A DNA stretch of 64,000 bases from Raillietiella orientalis. Lineage: Eukaryota. Made by a program: the position numbers and the translations under genes. Shown here piece by piece: positions 37,900 to 51,799 of this stretch; position 1 is the first letter of the stretch, and each line of letters starts with the position of its first letter. The stretch is taken from positions 2,108,001 through 2,172,000 of the forward strand of contig JAYWIR010000009.1 of assembly GCA_036172245.1 (NCBI GenBank). Reading direction: 5' to 3'. A model generated the notes under the pieces. The model searched no databases. It had not been told where the DNA came from and was given only the letters and a program-made list of their open reading frames with translations.

Positions 37900-40800
37900 G
37901 GAAAGTATTTTATTACTATTTTAATAAGGTGCCCTCCGCATCGGAAACTTCTGAAACCAGGAAGACCTCGTAAAGTACCTGCTGCTTTCCGGCTTAGCCT
38001 GTCAAATGCACTGCGTCCGGCACACATTGTGGTTACACTCCCGATGCAGGCGTGACAGGGCACTCAGACGGGTTCGGTCAGCACCGATGCTTCCAGTTTC
38101 CCGTTTCCTTGCTTCCAGCTTGGAGTTCCACCGCGGAGATCCGAACCGCGCGGGCGGCGCAACGACATTCCGCACGACACGGCGGCGGGGGCCGAAATTG
38201 AAATCATGCCGTTTTCGAAAACGATGGATCCTGTTTTCGAGAATAATTAGATTTGCAGGAGGGCGGGTTCATTAAACTGCACGCTTCGGACCATTTTGGC
38301 GACTCAGGTGCCACGTCGTCCCTCGGCCATTTTTCCGCCTGGAAAGTCCGGAGCTCAGATCGATTACGTCGGTGTTTACACGGCTGCGTCTCACAGTGGG
38401 GGAGGCACGGGGAAAACTTCAAAGACCCCTTGAAAAAGCAGAAACTCAGCTTCCTCGAGGATCCTTTGACGCTCCTCACAGTTCGCCACATAGGTCACTC
38501 GGCTCACTGGTCCAAATCTTACTAGCCGCTGACTGAACACAGTTCACTGATTGACAGTCATTAATGGCAAGGGTGATTTCACTGATTTTCCACCCAAGCA
38601 AAGAAAGGAAAATTACAGCAGCGTGTTGATGAGATTGATGGCCGCATCCAGCAAGAAACTGCTGTTCGGGATGGGCTCACGGAGACGAAAGGCAAAGCTT
38701 GAAAGATCCTGCCTCCAGGGAGAAGCAGTTATGGGAAAGTGGAAGGCGCCTGGAGAAGTTACGGCTGGACCTTCAGCACCACCACACCTTTTTGGATGCC
38801 ACGCTGCATCCGCCTGATGGGATACTTGGAAGCCGTTCGAATGTCTCTGGAGACTTCCTTTCTCGGAGTACATCGGAATCCAGTGCGCCTGCTGCTGTTG
38901 GAGATTCCCACCCTGGGACCCCAGTGCCTCCTTGATGCACTGACTTGGAAATCGTGACAGATCAAACCTCAATACCCGGTGATGAGGAAGATGTCAGTGA
39001 TGGAGCTCATTGCGAGCAGGAATCAAAGAACTTGTCGTGCGCTGCATTCATTTGATGCTCCGAGTGGACACGAAAATGAAAGTCTCTTGTCACTGAGCTT
39101 GATCAAGGTGACGGTTGGACACGGGCCCGAAGGCCTGGTGACTGAGAAAGAAGGCTCTGTTCCAACGTCGCATTGCTCTGTGAAGCATCGAATGCCATTC
39201 CAAACAGCCTCTTCCTCAAACCAAGAGAAAGCCAGTCAGCTTACTACTTGAGACCACATGGACTTTCCACAGGGAAAAAAAATCTTGGTTTCAAAGGGGG
39301 AAGGGGGATGCTAGCATCACTCTTCGGAATGTCTTTCTTGAAAATCTTCTCTGCATATGGCGCTTTCTTGCGACGACGGGGAGGGTGAGAATTGTTCTCC
39401 TAGATCTGCCTCCCGCCATACTTCAACCCTTCCGCGTTGCTGATGTGTTATGCCTCTGTTCCGTGGTTTGAAATTCATGCTGGTCTTCCGTCGCCGTTTC
39501 GCTCCTGACTCCACCCAATTCACAATACGACTCCGATACAGAGAATTTCGTAACGATCCGTCATTTTGAATGACGGGATCCCCGTTGTTCACAGTTGCTG
39601 CATGCGATGCACAATGAGGCAGTGTTGGTGTGCTCAGTGTGTTTCACGTCTAACAGGACGAGAGTGAATGCTCCTCCTCTGCAAGCACAGCGTGGCGGTT
39701 TTCGATGATCCCTCGAATTTCTTTCTCCTCCGGGATTGGCGCTCTCTTTCAACCTTCTATTGGTTTTCACCCGCAAAATGAAGTAATTGTTTTCAATTAC
39801 TTCATTTTGCGGTTCTAGAGCAGTGTGTCCCAAACTTCCCCTATGACAGGACACCCCACAAATCCTCGAAAATTCAACGGAATACCTTGTTTGCTTCGTG
39901 GACATTAATAATAAATAAGTGAAGCCAGTAAAAATGTAAGAGTTAAGAAAACAGAAAAAAAATTTATTCTCAAATTGAATTATGGAAAACAAAAACACAT
40001 GAGGATAGTAAAATAAAATAGCGTGTATATACTGAAATTACATTCTTAACGACGTCGGTGTTTTTTCGGGTCTTTGAATGACAAATTCTTTTGATTTCAG
40101 GCACGCAATACCAAAAAGCTGTTGACATGCAAAGTGAGGAGCGCCTGAATTTCAAATGCGTTTCAGCTTGGTGCAGCTTTGAAAACGTATTCATCTTCCT
40201 CATTTTACGCAGAACACTCACTGACTTTCCGCGGAGCACTGCTGTCCCGCGGGAATGGGAAACGCTGTTCTAGAAGTTGTGACTGTGATTTCCTTACATT
40301 ACATACGAGTATGTATATTGAATGGTTCTGCCGTGTCTTCTTATCTTCCGCCAACAGTTTCTTCCTTCTTCTTGGGTACAATGAGGGACCCTCTCTTCTT
40401 TCGCAGCTGCTTCGTCGGTTGATGGCGTCGTCCGAAGGATGCAGCGCTGGATGCACGAGGTCGCCATCAAGCGCCTCCCCGTTTTCGCATACCTCTTCGG
40501 GGATACCCGACTCACGGGCTGCTCCATCGTCCCGTGAGTCCCAGGTTCCCGGCGCACCGACGATAACTGCTCTGGCTTCGGCCTGAAGTCCTTTCTTCCT
40601 CAGCAGTAAGGCGATCTCCTGGTACTTCCATTTCCGTTCTTGTGAGGCTGGTGCTGCCGAACGGACCGGATGACCGTCCTATCTGCCTTCTGCAGCACCA
40701 GATGGGGCCTCAAGCTGGAGTCGCACCCAGCTTCCACCGTGTGGCATCCTTCGCTGCTTCCTGCAGTCTTGCCACGATGCGCATGTCGGAGCTGCCGGGC

Positions 40801-41250
40801 AGAAGGCGAAGCGTCGTCTCATATTAAACAGATGCAAGGGGAACACTCATCTGTCCAATGCGCGACACGACGCGATTTAAGAGATGATCATCATGGCCGC
40901 AGCGGATGAAACAAATTGGACCCTGTTGTCCACAAACCACCAGAGAGCTCCAGGAACGAACTCCCTCTTAAGACCGGACCTGGTGATGAAAAAAGGAACC
41001 CGGTTCACGGTGCTGGACGCCTGCTGCCCGTACGAGGGTGGAAGAGAGGCGTTTAGCGCAGCTAGGAGGAGAAAACAGGAAAAGTAAAAGGAAGCAGCCC
41101 TCCAGCTAGGCAGAGAGGGGAAGCAATGCAGGGCGCATGCTCTCCTCGTTGGCCTCGTGTAGGGGCCAAACCACGTCTGGGCCGTGTGTAGGGGAGATAA
41201 TGCCTCAGGCAGTGATTTCAAATGCGAGGGAGAGAGTCCCATCCCAAGCC
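37900..41250 (+). mobile_element. Degenerate NeSL/R2-type non-LTR retrotransposon with restriction-like endonuclease (RLE)
   Basis: 40775-41160 reads CRSCRAEGEASSHI/LNRC...NARHDAI...LLRPDLVMKKGTRFTVLDACCPYEGGREAFSAARRRKQEK. This is CCHC + RH + PD..D + KxxKY, the RLE signature, and the PYEGG.AF..AR..K segment is NeSL/Utopia-like. Upstream decayed RT: KVRSSDRL, TVINGKG..NY, LRLDL. Confidence 0.8.
39821..40267. mobile_element. Non-autonomous hAT (Charlie-like) DNA transposon / MITE, 447 bp
   Basis: Imperfect TIRs cagtgtgtcccaaac ... gaatgggaaacgctg. 8-bp TSD ttctagag (39813-39820) / ttctagaa (40268-40275) matches the NTCTAGAN preference of hAT-Charlie elements. Confidence 0.8.
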
Positions 41251-41299
41251 CTACAGAAGCGGCTCGATCTCTATCTCTGTAGGGTCTCCTTGCTACGAT

Positions 41300-42900
41300 C
41301 CGGATCGGCAGCAGCTCAGCCTCGCGGCATGGATGAACCGGAAGCCAGCGAGACGGAGGAAACGCTCTTCAGCCGTCATGGGACGCCGGCTGGATGAACG
41401 CCGGAGTCCCTGCACATCTCGTGGCCCTCCCTTGACCTGGGGAGGTGGTCGATAGATTCCAGTCGTGCGCGCGTTCCGCACCGCTGGACTTCCCCTTCGT
41501 GAAGATTAATTTCGTACTGATCGGCGTGACAGGAGAGGAGCAGTGATAATGAGCAGCACAGGCCGTCAGCATCGGAAAGTGACAGCGATTTCTTTGAAGG
41601 CACTTCCGGGCTAAGCATTTGAAAGAATTTCCCGCCCGGGGAACTCATCATGAAAATAATCAATTTGCACTTTTTTTTTTTTTTTTTTGCTGTAGAACTC
41701 TTGGCCCTTGAAAACGTTTTTAAAATATGAACACGCACAAACATAAAATCCACCTCTCTGCCGGTACTATGCAGACCGTTGACTTCCGCTTCGGCAGCCA
41801 GCGAAGGGAGAAAAGGATTACTCCGCTGGCTGCCAGGCGTCCTCAACATCCTGCCCAGGATGTCGGCAAGTTCGGTGCGTTCGTCGCCTAGGGCGGGGAG
41901 GGGTCATCTCCTTACGAGAAATTTTCTCTCCTCCGGCGGGTTTGGCGTCCACTTTGTCCTCTTTTTATGGTGTGCTACCATCCCGCGCGCAGCGGAGAGC
42001 TGCCAGACACACGGCTGGTGGCAGCGCACTCCACGCACGAAGAGGCAGTTTTGCAAGGTCCCCGGAATGGGAGGAGGGAAGCTTGTCGACGGGAACCGCG
42101 GGGCCGTCGATAGACATTTCTGTAGGGGCCAGGGGGCGAGGCAGTTCAGGGAGCAGGTGCGGGAGGGCACCTGGCACAGAGTCCAGGTCCACCGGCGTTC
42201 TTCGCGTGGGTCGCCCCCTTGCAAGGTGAGCAGCGCCGGCTCTCGCCACCTCGGGGGGAGCGTAAAGATGCTCGCGATGGTGGCGGGCGGCACCAGATCT
42301 TCCGGAGAGGCCAGACGTACCAGTCCCTTGGGTCGGGCAACGGGAGTCTCAGCGTCGGTTGACTCCCCCACCGGTTTTTCACCAAGAAATTTTTCTTGCT
42401 GCAATGCAGCCGGACACCACCTCCCGTCTTGCCGGTGTTCCCGCTCCACGGGAAACAGGACGCTCTGCTGTTTCCGCACTGGAGGGGAGGGTTCCTGGTT
42501 TCCGGGGGCTCTGCCTCCCCAACCTGTTCCAGGTGCGGTGCTGATGGGATCGTTCCCGCACCTCCTGCTGGACTGAGGTGCTCTGGAGGACACTTGGTGG
42601 AGACTCGACTTGGAGGTCCGCCACCCGGAGGGCACCAGTGCGGACTCGTTTCACGCAAGGCGAGCTGAAGAATGGCGCCGCGATCTTTGCATCGGTGGCA
42701 TGGTGACAGTCCTCTATGTGTGGGAGTCTCGTTCGCAGCGAAAGGAGACCACCGGCATGGCAGCCGCCTCGGTGAGGGCGGCTGCAAGGTGGACTCAGAG
42801 TCCAGAAGTCATCGGAGAGGTCGCCACCATGCATAGTCTCTTTTCGGAAGAAAGAACGGCTAGAATCAAAAACCCTCGTTCTTACCCTTCCGTATTTTTT
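41300..42900 (-). mobile_element. 5' part of a Tx1/L1-like LINE (ORF1 zinc knuckle and AP-endonuclease remnant)
   Basis: PCHRCKDRG/HSSAR (CCHC knuckle with frameshift, ~42665-42710), then a low-complexity Pro/Arg-rich region, then an FTKGKSSG..IDHL segment like the APE RID motif. Confidence 0.45.
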
Positions 42901-43039
42901 TCATTTATTTATTGTCCCCTCCCTCCGTTCCCTACTTCCTCAGAAGCTGGCTTGCGCGCCGGTGGTTATCCCCAATGAACTTCTCTTTCCCGTCATCTTT
43001 TGTGCCCAGAAGACACTGTCCCCCTTTGACCTGTGGTTT

Positions 43040-45000
43040 GTTTTTTAAATACACTTCGCGGCGTGACCGGATAAAAGCCTTGCCGGTATTTCACTGACAT
43101 TTTCCTGGAGGGCAGTGCTTCGATAAGGGGAGTAGGGCTCCGTTGCTTGAGATCGAAAAACGTAGATACCACTCAGATGCCTATACTTAGCGCGGTCCTC
43201 GTTGCAACGGAATCCTTGAGCATCCTTTCGCAGAAACAGAGCTCCAAACTCTCTGTCAGTTCGAAGAGACTGGCGGCAGCCCTTAATTAGCCAGTGCCGC
43301 ATATCGAGGACTGACCGACCGGAATACAGCAACCACTTTGAAGGGCACGCAAAACGCTCAGGATAAAATAAACCAGTGGTTCACGTGGATTCGCGAACTT
43401 TCCGTAGAGAACGAGAGGCTCGAAGCCAGTGATCTGGGCTGGCTCGCGCAAGTCCCTTCGCATCGCCGGCAGCTCCTGGCTACGACTGGCGAACAGTCTC
43501 TTGGGCAGACCTCAGGAATTTCGGTTTTAGGAAACAAGAAGAATCTGATCGTATCGGGCGGAGCGGGCTTTGCCCACCGTATCGGCTGTTCTTTACATCC
43601 GAGAAGGTCACACAAGCACGTCCACAATCACACATGCTGCGAACGGTTGTGCAGTCTGGTGTTCCTTACCAACAAGCCGTCGCGGCTGCTCGCATTCCGT
43701 TTTGGATTCTCACCGTTGGCAATAGAGGCAGGGAAATCTTTAAAAAAAAAATAAATACTGACGATTGCGCATAAAGATTGTGGATCGTGGATCATGTGAC
43801 TCGTCCATTTCGCTCGAGCACCTCGAAGGACTCCCTTCTATCATAGTTGGACTGTTCAGTGTTCAGCTGTTTCCCTGTTCCCCACAGTTCGTCGGGAATT
43901 TGCGCGTCGTCTTGGGCTTCCGAATTTCGGTTGCCGTGGATGCGGCCTTCCCAACGTATCCACCGCTTACCATCCAGTCACTGCACCGCTTCAGTCACTA
44001 CGTAATCTGGACCGCGTGCCAATCTCGCCAAGCCGTCGCCAGCGATGGCATCAGATGCCATGGTTTGCACTCAGCATCCTTGTAGAGATCGCATGGGGAC
44101 CTGGGCTTGCACAGGGAGACGTTCTCAGGCGTAGGCAGAATTTGTGCTTTTCTTCTTCAAAGCCCGAGCCGCCAATAACTGAAGGATTGGTGCTCTAGCT
44201 TGATATGGCTTGTCTCCAGTGCCGCTGAGACGTTCTCTTCTGGTTTCTAAGAAACTACGTCATTGGAAGATAAAAAATCCTTCACGTAAGCAACGAAAAG
44301 ACCCCATGATCTTGAAACATCGTTTCTTTGTTTTTTGTCCAGAAGATCCTATTTTACTCGTTCTAGCTCATGAGGTCATGTTCAACATGCGCTGAGTGCT
44401 TTCATTACTAAAATTCGAGGCGCTCATTCGTTCCGTCAGAGGAACCCCATCCTCGTATTCTTTCTGGAAAAAACCTGTTTCGGCATCCAATTTAAGAGTT
44501 GAGATGAAAATGCGGGACTTTTTTTTTTTTTTTTTACCCTCAAGGAGTTCATTAGCGAAGAGATTCATTAGCACAGCATAGGGACCACTGGACTACATCT
44601 TCCGAATCGAGTTTTCGTATTTGCATATCCCGTTGTCCCGCTGTCCTCATTACACAAGAGCGAACTCTTCAAGATGACGTGCTTCGTTATCTGCAGTACC
44701 AGGCATATTCTCTGCGGCATCGTCCTTAATTGCTCATTTCTCTTTACGTGAGTATTCTTTGAGGTCTGGCTCCAAAGTGCAAGGCAAGCACACAAAGCTG
44801 TTTCCGAGAAGTGGCGTAGTGAGTCTTCCACCCTTACCAGACAAACTCGCTCACATGGGGAGTCGCTTCTTCTTCAAGCTTCCGTTAGCCTCAGGAGCGA
44901 CATCGCACTCGGACGTTTCTTTCGTATGCACAAAAGAGTACCAGAAAAGAACGGACGCGAGCCCTGCTCAAGTCAGACGCCCCAACAGCCCTCAGAGAAT
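43040..45000 (-). mobile_element. Degenerate R2/NeSL-like element (RT tail, CCHC and RLE)
   Basis: Minus strand SCRRCEGTCAS (~43470), followed by DRAKYR (KxxKY-like, ~43190). CpG-rich. Confidence 0.5.
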
Positions 45001-47509
45001 TCTGTCATCCCATATACAGTCAACCTGTCGGTAATCATGATCTTCAGTTGTTCACCAAGCGTCATTGATAATGAATTCCATGAAAAAATGAATGCTCAGA
45101 TATTCCATCCAACTTTGGACCTCTCCGAGTTGCCTCCAGCGAGTCAGGCAATAGTGCACACCCAGAAGAATGTACTTTAAACTCAGCATCCCGAGAATTA
45201 GAAATCGATTAGATTGCAAGAAATAAACGAATATAGTTAACGAAGAGCATCGTCCGTTAGATTATGTAAAAGGAAGGCTGTTTTCGTCCACTATTCTGCG
45301 TATATACTCAAAAGGAAAAGCTACTACTGATAATAAGATGCATTGTTTCTCCAGAGATATTATCTACAAGGCTACCAGTCGTTAACGTACAAAAGAACAA
45401 GCTCGTCACATCAGAGTTCCTTCGAACCCTGGAATGAAAGTAGCTACAAAAGATTCCTCAAAATAGAAACTTTGAAGAGCTTCTGGAATGCGCTATGAAA
45501 TGGAACAATTTCCAGAGGTATAAAGGTTAATCCGAACCATCAATATGGATACCATAAATTCTGTCATAATCACAGACTGAGTCTGTTGATTCTGAATGCA
45601 CGTAATTCGTCTCTCGTAACGCTACACTTTTCATTACCATGAAATTGGTTCAGGAATTACTATCTTGATCAACTAGCAGTTCCCGGTTGCTATGGTAGCA
45701 ACATAGTTTAAAAGTGCAAGACGTTTCCAGACTGAGCATTCGCAAAAGATCCAGATCTTTCAGATGTCGGAACATGTTATTTGCGGTCTGCGGCGTTTTC
45801 TTCCTTTCTTTTTTTTTTCTTTTTATCTCCTTCGAGGATGTTTTGAATGTAAATTTAGTTAACCTCCTCAGTATGAGGTTCGCTGATATGAATCTACTAC
45901 TTAAGCCTCATAGTTAGGCCAGTGAAATTAGAGGGCATGAGTGTCGCAATACAAAAAACCATTGAATTTTAAGAAATTGGTATTCGCTGTACACAAATTG
46001 TGACCTTCAACACATTTCCTAAATGGCCACGAGATCTGCTGAGGCGAAAACGTTCCCATTACTGTGTTGAATAAGAAAGTTGAATTCCTCTCCTCAAGAC
46101 ATATGAAGTTGAAATTCTTATTGGAATTAGCAGTCGAACGCTAACATGTAAAATTGTAATCATACATTCAAAACAAAAGCACTTTTCTTGAACTTTGGCC
46201 GAGAAGGATACTTCAAGTGCATTTAAAATGGTGAGCAAGATTAATTAGATAATGGAGATTTGATTAAGCATGATTTTTTTATTTCTTGCTTGTATACTGT
46301 CGGAAAGCCCTTTGTAGTGTCTGAGAGAGTTTCAACTTTTCCTTCCCCATTTTTTCCCACTTTTTTTTTGGGGGGGGGGGGGCTTTTTAGTAAAGGCATA
46401 GGTTTCATTTTTTCCAACAAAGTCTGGCTCCAGAGTACAATCTTGGGAAGGCTGCTACCGGACACACCACACGAAAGCATCTTTGTGAAGTGTTAAGAAA
46501 CCTGCTTTGATCGAACACTTCAAATAGTACGAGGTGTTTTCGATGCTGCACCGTAAACATTACTTGTAGTGCAAGCAAATGCTAATTCTTCTGGAAAGAA
46601 AAAAAAAAGGTTATGAAAAACTACCTGCTGTCTGCCATGAACCAAGAAGACAAAATAGTTCAGAGGTAGTGGCATTAGAGAGAAAACAAAACCAGGAAAG
46701 TATTAGGAGGAAAATTTTGGGTTTTCAATGTTGGAAAAGTTCAGCACAGTTTTATTATTTATTTATTTGGTCTCTTTGTTTCTCTCCCCTAATTAACTAA
46801 CTGCAGTTTCAAGAGTCCCATGAAAGTACTTTTCAAAACTTCCCACGATCTCTTGAATTGCCAACGTTGCTATGTTTTGTAAACTAAGGATTCAATATAC
46901 CATTCTAACAAATTGTTCTTGTACAAACCTGTAGCGTAAAACAAAGGCTTTTTTTTTCTCTTCGTGAAACGTTCGTTTATTTATTTCATTTTAAATGCTG
47001 ACATGAAATGGATTGCTTTTACACTCCCTGTTCTCAAACACTGTGTTATCTGTTTACGCATGAAACCACATCATTAGATAAATTTTATTGTTTTTTAGCC
47101 TATTTACTTCTACTCTTGTGCAACCTTCTACTCTTCTGTTTATTCGCAATCATGAACATATCAGCACTTTTAAATACAAAGAGTCTTCATGATGTCTGAA
47201 ACCACGTTATCCTTCTACCACTGAAGTGCTCCTGTTTATTTGATTGCAGACGGAATTCCCCGCACGATTTCTCATCTATTCATTTAAACTAGTAGAGGCT
47301 TGTCTCTAGACCTTATCCTTCATGTTTGAAAAACAAGCATCTTCTCAAAGCCTTTCTTGATTTCAGAATGCTTAAGCAGTTACCAATCTGAAAAATGGCT
47401 TTCGTGGAAACCTGTGTTAAAAGATGTTTGGGGCAAGGAATGATCTTGATCAAGAATACTTCGAGGAGCTGAAAGACCCACCAAAGCATCAAAGCACAAA
47501 ATCGCAAAA

Positions 47510-47620
47510 AGAAAAAAAGAAAGAAAAAAGGAAAAAAAAGAATGAAAGAGAGAAAGAAAAGAGAGAGACAGGAGAGAAAGAGAGGGGGGTTGGGAGATTG
47601 AGAGAGAGAGAGAGAGAGAC
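47510..47620. repeat. Purine-rich tract with (GA)n microsatellite
   Basis: Direct reading. Confidence 0.85.
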
Positions 47621-48243
47621 ATCAGAAATAGCCGTAACTCTGAAAAACGGGATGTCGAAATTCGGAACCGTAAAAACAACAAAAACCACATGTCCACTAA
47701 TCAGTTACAGCTGCTACTGCTGCTTGTTCCTGTTTTTTTTTTTTTTTTTTTTTTTTTGGCGTTTTGTTTTACACACATTCTTAAATGTAGCAGATAACGA
47801 TGCAGAAATGTCGAGGCGCCTCGGCTGCCGATGATAACGCAACTGAATGCAGAATGGCACTCCTGTGCTGGCGGAGCACCTTGCCGTGTCTCGCGTGCCG
47901 GTGTGCTCTCCCCGTGTCGATGGAAAGCGAAACTCCACAGGAAACGAAGTGCTTTGTGTTGCAGTAATTGTATCAGTTTAACGAGATCATAAGTAACTGC
48001 GTAGAGTCTGTTTCTGTCTCGAAACTGTACATCATGTTCTGCTAGGACATGGAAAAGGAGTGGGTTGTTTGTCGTCTATGAGATTGCATTGAATCTGTTT
48101 GTTCGTGTCCATTATGTCATTAATCATGCTGTTTTTTTATGATACACAATTGCATTAAACAATATAGCCTCACGAAGCCGTTCTTTGTCGAAAGATTAAG
48201 AGCGGGGAAGCCGTATCATATTGCTTGATCCAACATGTGATTG

Positions 48244-51127
48244 ATGGATTCATTACAGGAAGATGTAACGTTTATGTTCCAAGCAGGATTAGTGAAAGAT
48301 GCCATTACTGTTAATAAGAGTTTTTTGAATCTAAAAACTTTGAAGGATCTGGCTTGTGATTTCATCAATGAAAAGGTATCTTTCCGAGTTGTTAACAGAT
48401 GTTTTTGATATTTTGATGTATAGAAATTTCTGTAATCACAACATTGTTTTGAATGTGCCATATGTTGTTATATTGCATTTGTTCCCAAGACAGGAAACTA
48501 TTTATTAATGTTTTGAAAAAGCAATTAATGATTTTAACTTGAAAAATGCAAATTACTTTTTTTTTTTCCTTTAATCATTAGCGTACTTTCTTAATTTCAT
48601 ATTTAGTTTCATAACCATGGATTGAGCCACTTATTTGATAGATTGTTACTGTTTAAACATGACTACAATTCCCCTAATGTGCTCCAACTAATAAATACCA
48701 TATCAGAGATTGTTGATGAAGTTATTATTGAGATTGTAGTGACAGGAAAAGTGCTGTCTAGTGATAGTGGTGATATATAAAATAAGACCTACTTTAGAAA
48801 ACTAATCTGTGAGATGCCTGTTTTGTAGAATCCGTGATCGAAACATATCCTCATAGTTTGGTAGTTCATCAGTACAAATCACCAACATTTTGTGATCACT
48901 GTGGTGTTATTCTCATTGGGCTCATCAAACAAGGTTTAAAATGCGAAGGTAAATTTTCATCATCCCTGTTCTGTTGTATTTGCTTTGCTGTCAGGCTGTG
49001 CAATTAATTTACATAAAAGTTGTGCCAAGGATGTGCAGAGTTTTTGTTCTCGGAAACTAATTTCTGCTAAGGGATCTTCCAATTCCAAAATCACAACATC
49101 CAACTCTTCTCTCAGTGTAACAGCTCCATATGCATCCAGCAGTGTAAGTAGGAAATTTTAAAAGTTGTCATTTTATAAAAACAGGATAGCCCGCATCTCT
49201 GTCATAATTTTGTAGAGTGGAAGCCATAGTCCTCGACCACGGAGGGCACACATTCCTCACACGTGGTTGGTTCACAGCTATACTATTCCAACAGTGTGTT
49301 GTGACTGCAAGAAATTGTTGAAAGGCTTCTTTAAGCAAGGGCTTCAATGCAAAGATTGCAAGCTCAATGTGCACAAGAACTGTGCAGCACATGTGCCAGC
49401 AAGTTGCCAAGGAGAGCCCTTGAAAGGGAACAGCAGTGAACTTCCAGAAGATGCATTGCTGTTAGTTGATCTGCTTTCCAAAAAAGCAAGTTTTTTGGCA
49501 ATACCTTTGCATGTAATTTGTTTTGTTTGCTTAGGGGAACTTAGGAGAAGAGAAATCAGATGGGCAAAATGAAAGTCTGACTGACATTCCAAGTCAAAGC
49601 AAGCTTTCATCCAGTTACATTCCATTACAACGTGTGTGTCCCAGTGTACGGCGTAAGCGTCCTTCTTGTAAACATGTTATATATCAGGGCTGGATGGTGC
49701 ATTTCACCAACAAAGACCCAACAGTAAGTTAAACAATTTAATCTTCATTATTCTGTTGTCAGGTCAAGTGTTGTTATTGGCGTCTTGATAGCAAGGAGAT
49801 TTCTGTGTATGCCAATCAAATGGATGCATCCTGCCTTATAAGCATTCCACTGAGTGAAATATTAACTGTTCAACCTGCGGTTCCTGCAGCTTCTGCTGCT
49901 CTAGTTTCTCACTGTTTTGAGTTACGCACTGCCAAAGTTGACTACTATGTAGGTCAGCTGGGTGATGAAAGCCATGAAATGCCTGTGGGTGTTGGGCAAG
50001 AAGCTGCTCACAAATGGGAGGCAGCTATATGCCAAGCCTTGATGCCTGTTCATGGGGATGTTCCTCTGGAGTGCATTGGCTCAGACTCTGCATTTGGTGA
50101 CCTGTACCAGTTGCTTATTGATGAGTTGCTGGGTTCTGGCCAATTTGGTACTTTGTATGGTGGTGTGCATCGGCATTCAGGGCGCCATGTTGCTGTCAAG
50201 GTCATCGACAAGTTGCGTTTTAGTTCCAAACAGGAAGCTCACCTCAAAAACGAAGCTGCTATCCTACAAAGCGTTTCACATCCAGGAGTGGTGGTTCTGG
50301 AACGTGTATTTGAGACTCCTGAGCGGATCTTTGTAGTAATGGAGAAGTTGTGCAGCGACATGTTAGATATGATTTTAAGTAGCGAGAATGGATGTCTGTC
50401 TGAGCGTGTGACTCGCTTCTTGGTGTCCCAGATTCTTGTGGCTCTTCAGTATTTGCATAGCCGCAACATTGTCCATTGTGATCTTAAGCCTGAAAACGTA
50501 TTGCTTGCTTCAAATTCTGAATTCCCTCAAGTCAAGCTTTGTGACTTTGGTTACGCCCGTATCATTGGGGAAAAGTCTTTTCGTAGATCAATTGTGGGTA
50601 CTCCTGCCTATTTGGGTAAGCTCCATATATTTGGGACAGCTTTTGTATGTTTCACTTAGCTCCTGAAGTGCTTTGTAACCAAGGATATAACCGTTCATTG
50701 GACATGTGGAGTGTTGGTGTCATTGTGTATGTCACACTCAGTGGTACTTTCCCATTCAATGAAGATGAGGAGATTTGTGATCAGATTCAGAATGCTGATT
50801 TCATGTATCCGCCTCATCCCTGGAAAGAGGTCTCGAGTGAAGGTCAGACACTTTATCTTTTGCGTTGAGCACATGTCTGTTTTAGCTATCGATTACATTA
50901 ATCGTTTGCTGACAGTCAACATGAGACGGCGTATGATGGTGGATAAGGCTTTGGCACACAGTTGGCTCCAAAACTATCAGCTGTGGTGTGACTTGCGTGC
51001 TCTGGAGAACCGTGTCGGCATTCGCTATTTAACTCACGAGTCGGACGATGCAAGATGGGAAGCATACCGCCAAGAGCATGATTTACCAGCTTTTTCATGT
51101 GTCATTCCGGCTAATGAACAGAAATAA
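48244..51127 (+). CDS. PRKD1: Serine/threonine protein kinase D (PKD/PKCmu; nematode dkf family), 766 aa, 9 exons
   Basis: Exons 48244-48375, 48607-48769, 48829-48948, 48995-49143, 49216-49485, 49535-49723, 49763-50615, 50660-50842 and 50886-51127 total 2301 nt in frame. Domains: ubiquitin-like N-domain ([13 protein letters not shown]), C1a ([25 protein letters not shown]), C1b ([20 protein letters not shown]), IPLQRV, PH (GWMVHFT, YWRLDSK, HCFELRT), kinase ([37 protein letters not shown]). Confidence 0.95.
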
Positions 51128-51799
51128 CTCTGTGCCTTTGAAAAAACCAAACATTCCTTCCAATTGACCCCATATTTTACGTACTTAATCTATTTTTTAC
51201 CTTATACTCATGTTTATATTGAAAAGATAAGGAGTTTCTAATTCTAGTGATTCTGATTGGCACTAAAATAGATTATATTCTGTATGTAGCATGGTGTCGT
51301 TCTTTGAGCACTCTTATCGTTAGAGTTAGGATGCTGTTGTAGTTTCAAGCCGTAGTCACGAAACGCGCACTATGGGTCAAAGGGCCCTCTTCCTCAGTGC
51401 AAGACGGGGGCAGGACAAGCTGCGCATACGTAATGTTCCACGAACCGGAGGCTGCACGTCGGTCCGGACGAAAACTCGTCAGCTTGACGACACCCTCTCG
51501 ACCGTTTTTCTTGCCTTCTTTCTCCGAGTATGCACAGTTTGCATTTTGAAAAAAAACAAAAGCAAAAGGGCATCCCTTGGATCGTGTAAACAAACGTCTG
51601 CGCTGATTTTTCTTGCCGTCATACCGTTTGAAATGCCCGGTGACGCATTCCGGAAGTGGTGGGCAGTGTTTTGTTTTTCAAGTGTGGGAACCGTTCACAT
51701 TCCCGTGTTTCTTTGCTATGCCAGAAACAGCACCGCACACCCAAGCCGGTGTTGATTTCGTGCTGGTCGTCTTGATTTATTCAGGCATTTTTATTTCTC

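Noticed and set aside
45686..45702. Palindrome gttgctatggtagcaac resembling an RFX X-box
   Set aside because: Spacing and mismatch deviate from consensus, and it is about 2.5 kb from the PKD ATG with no supporting evidence.
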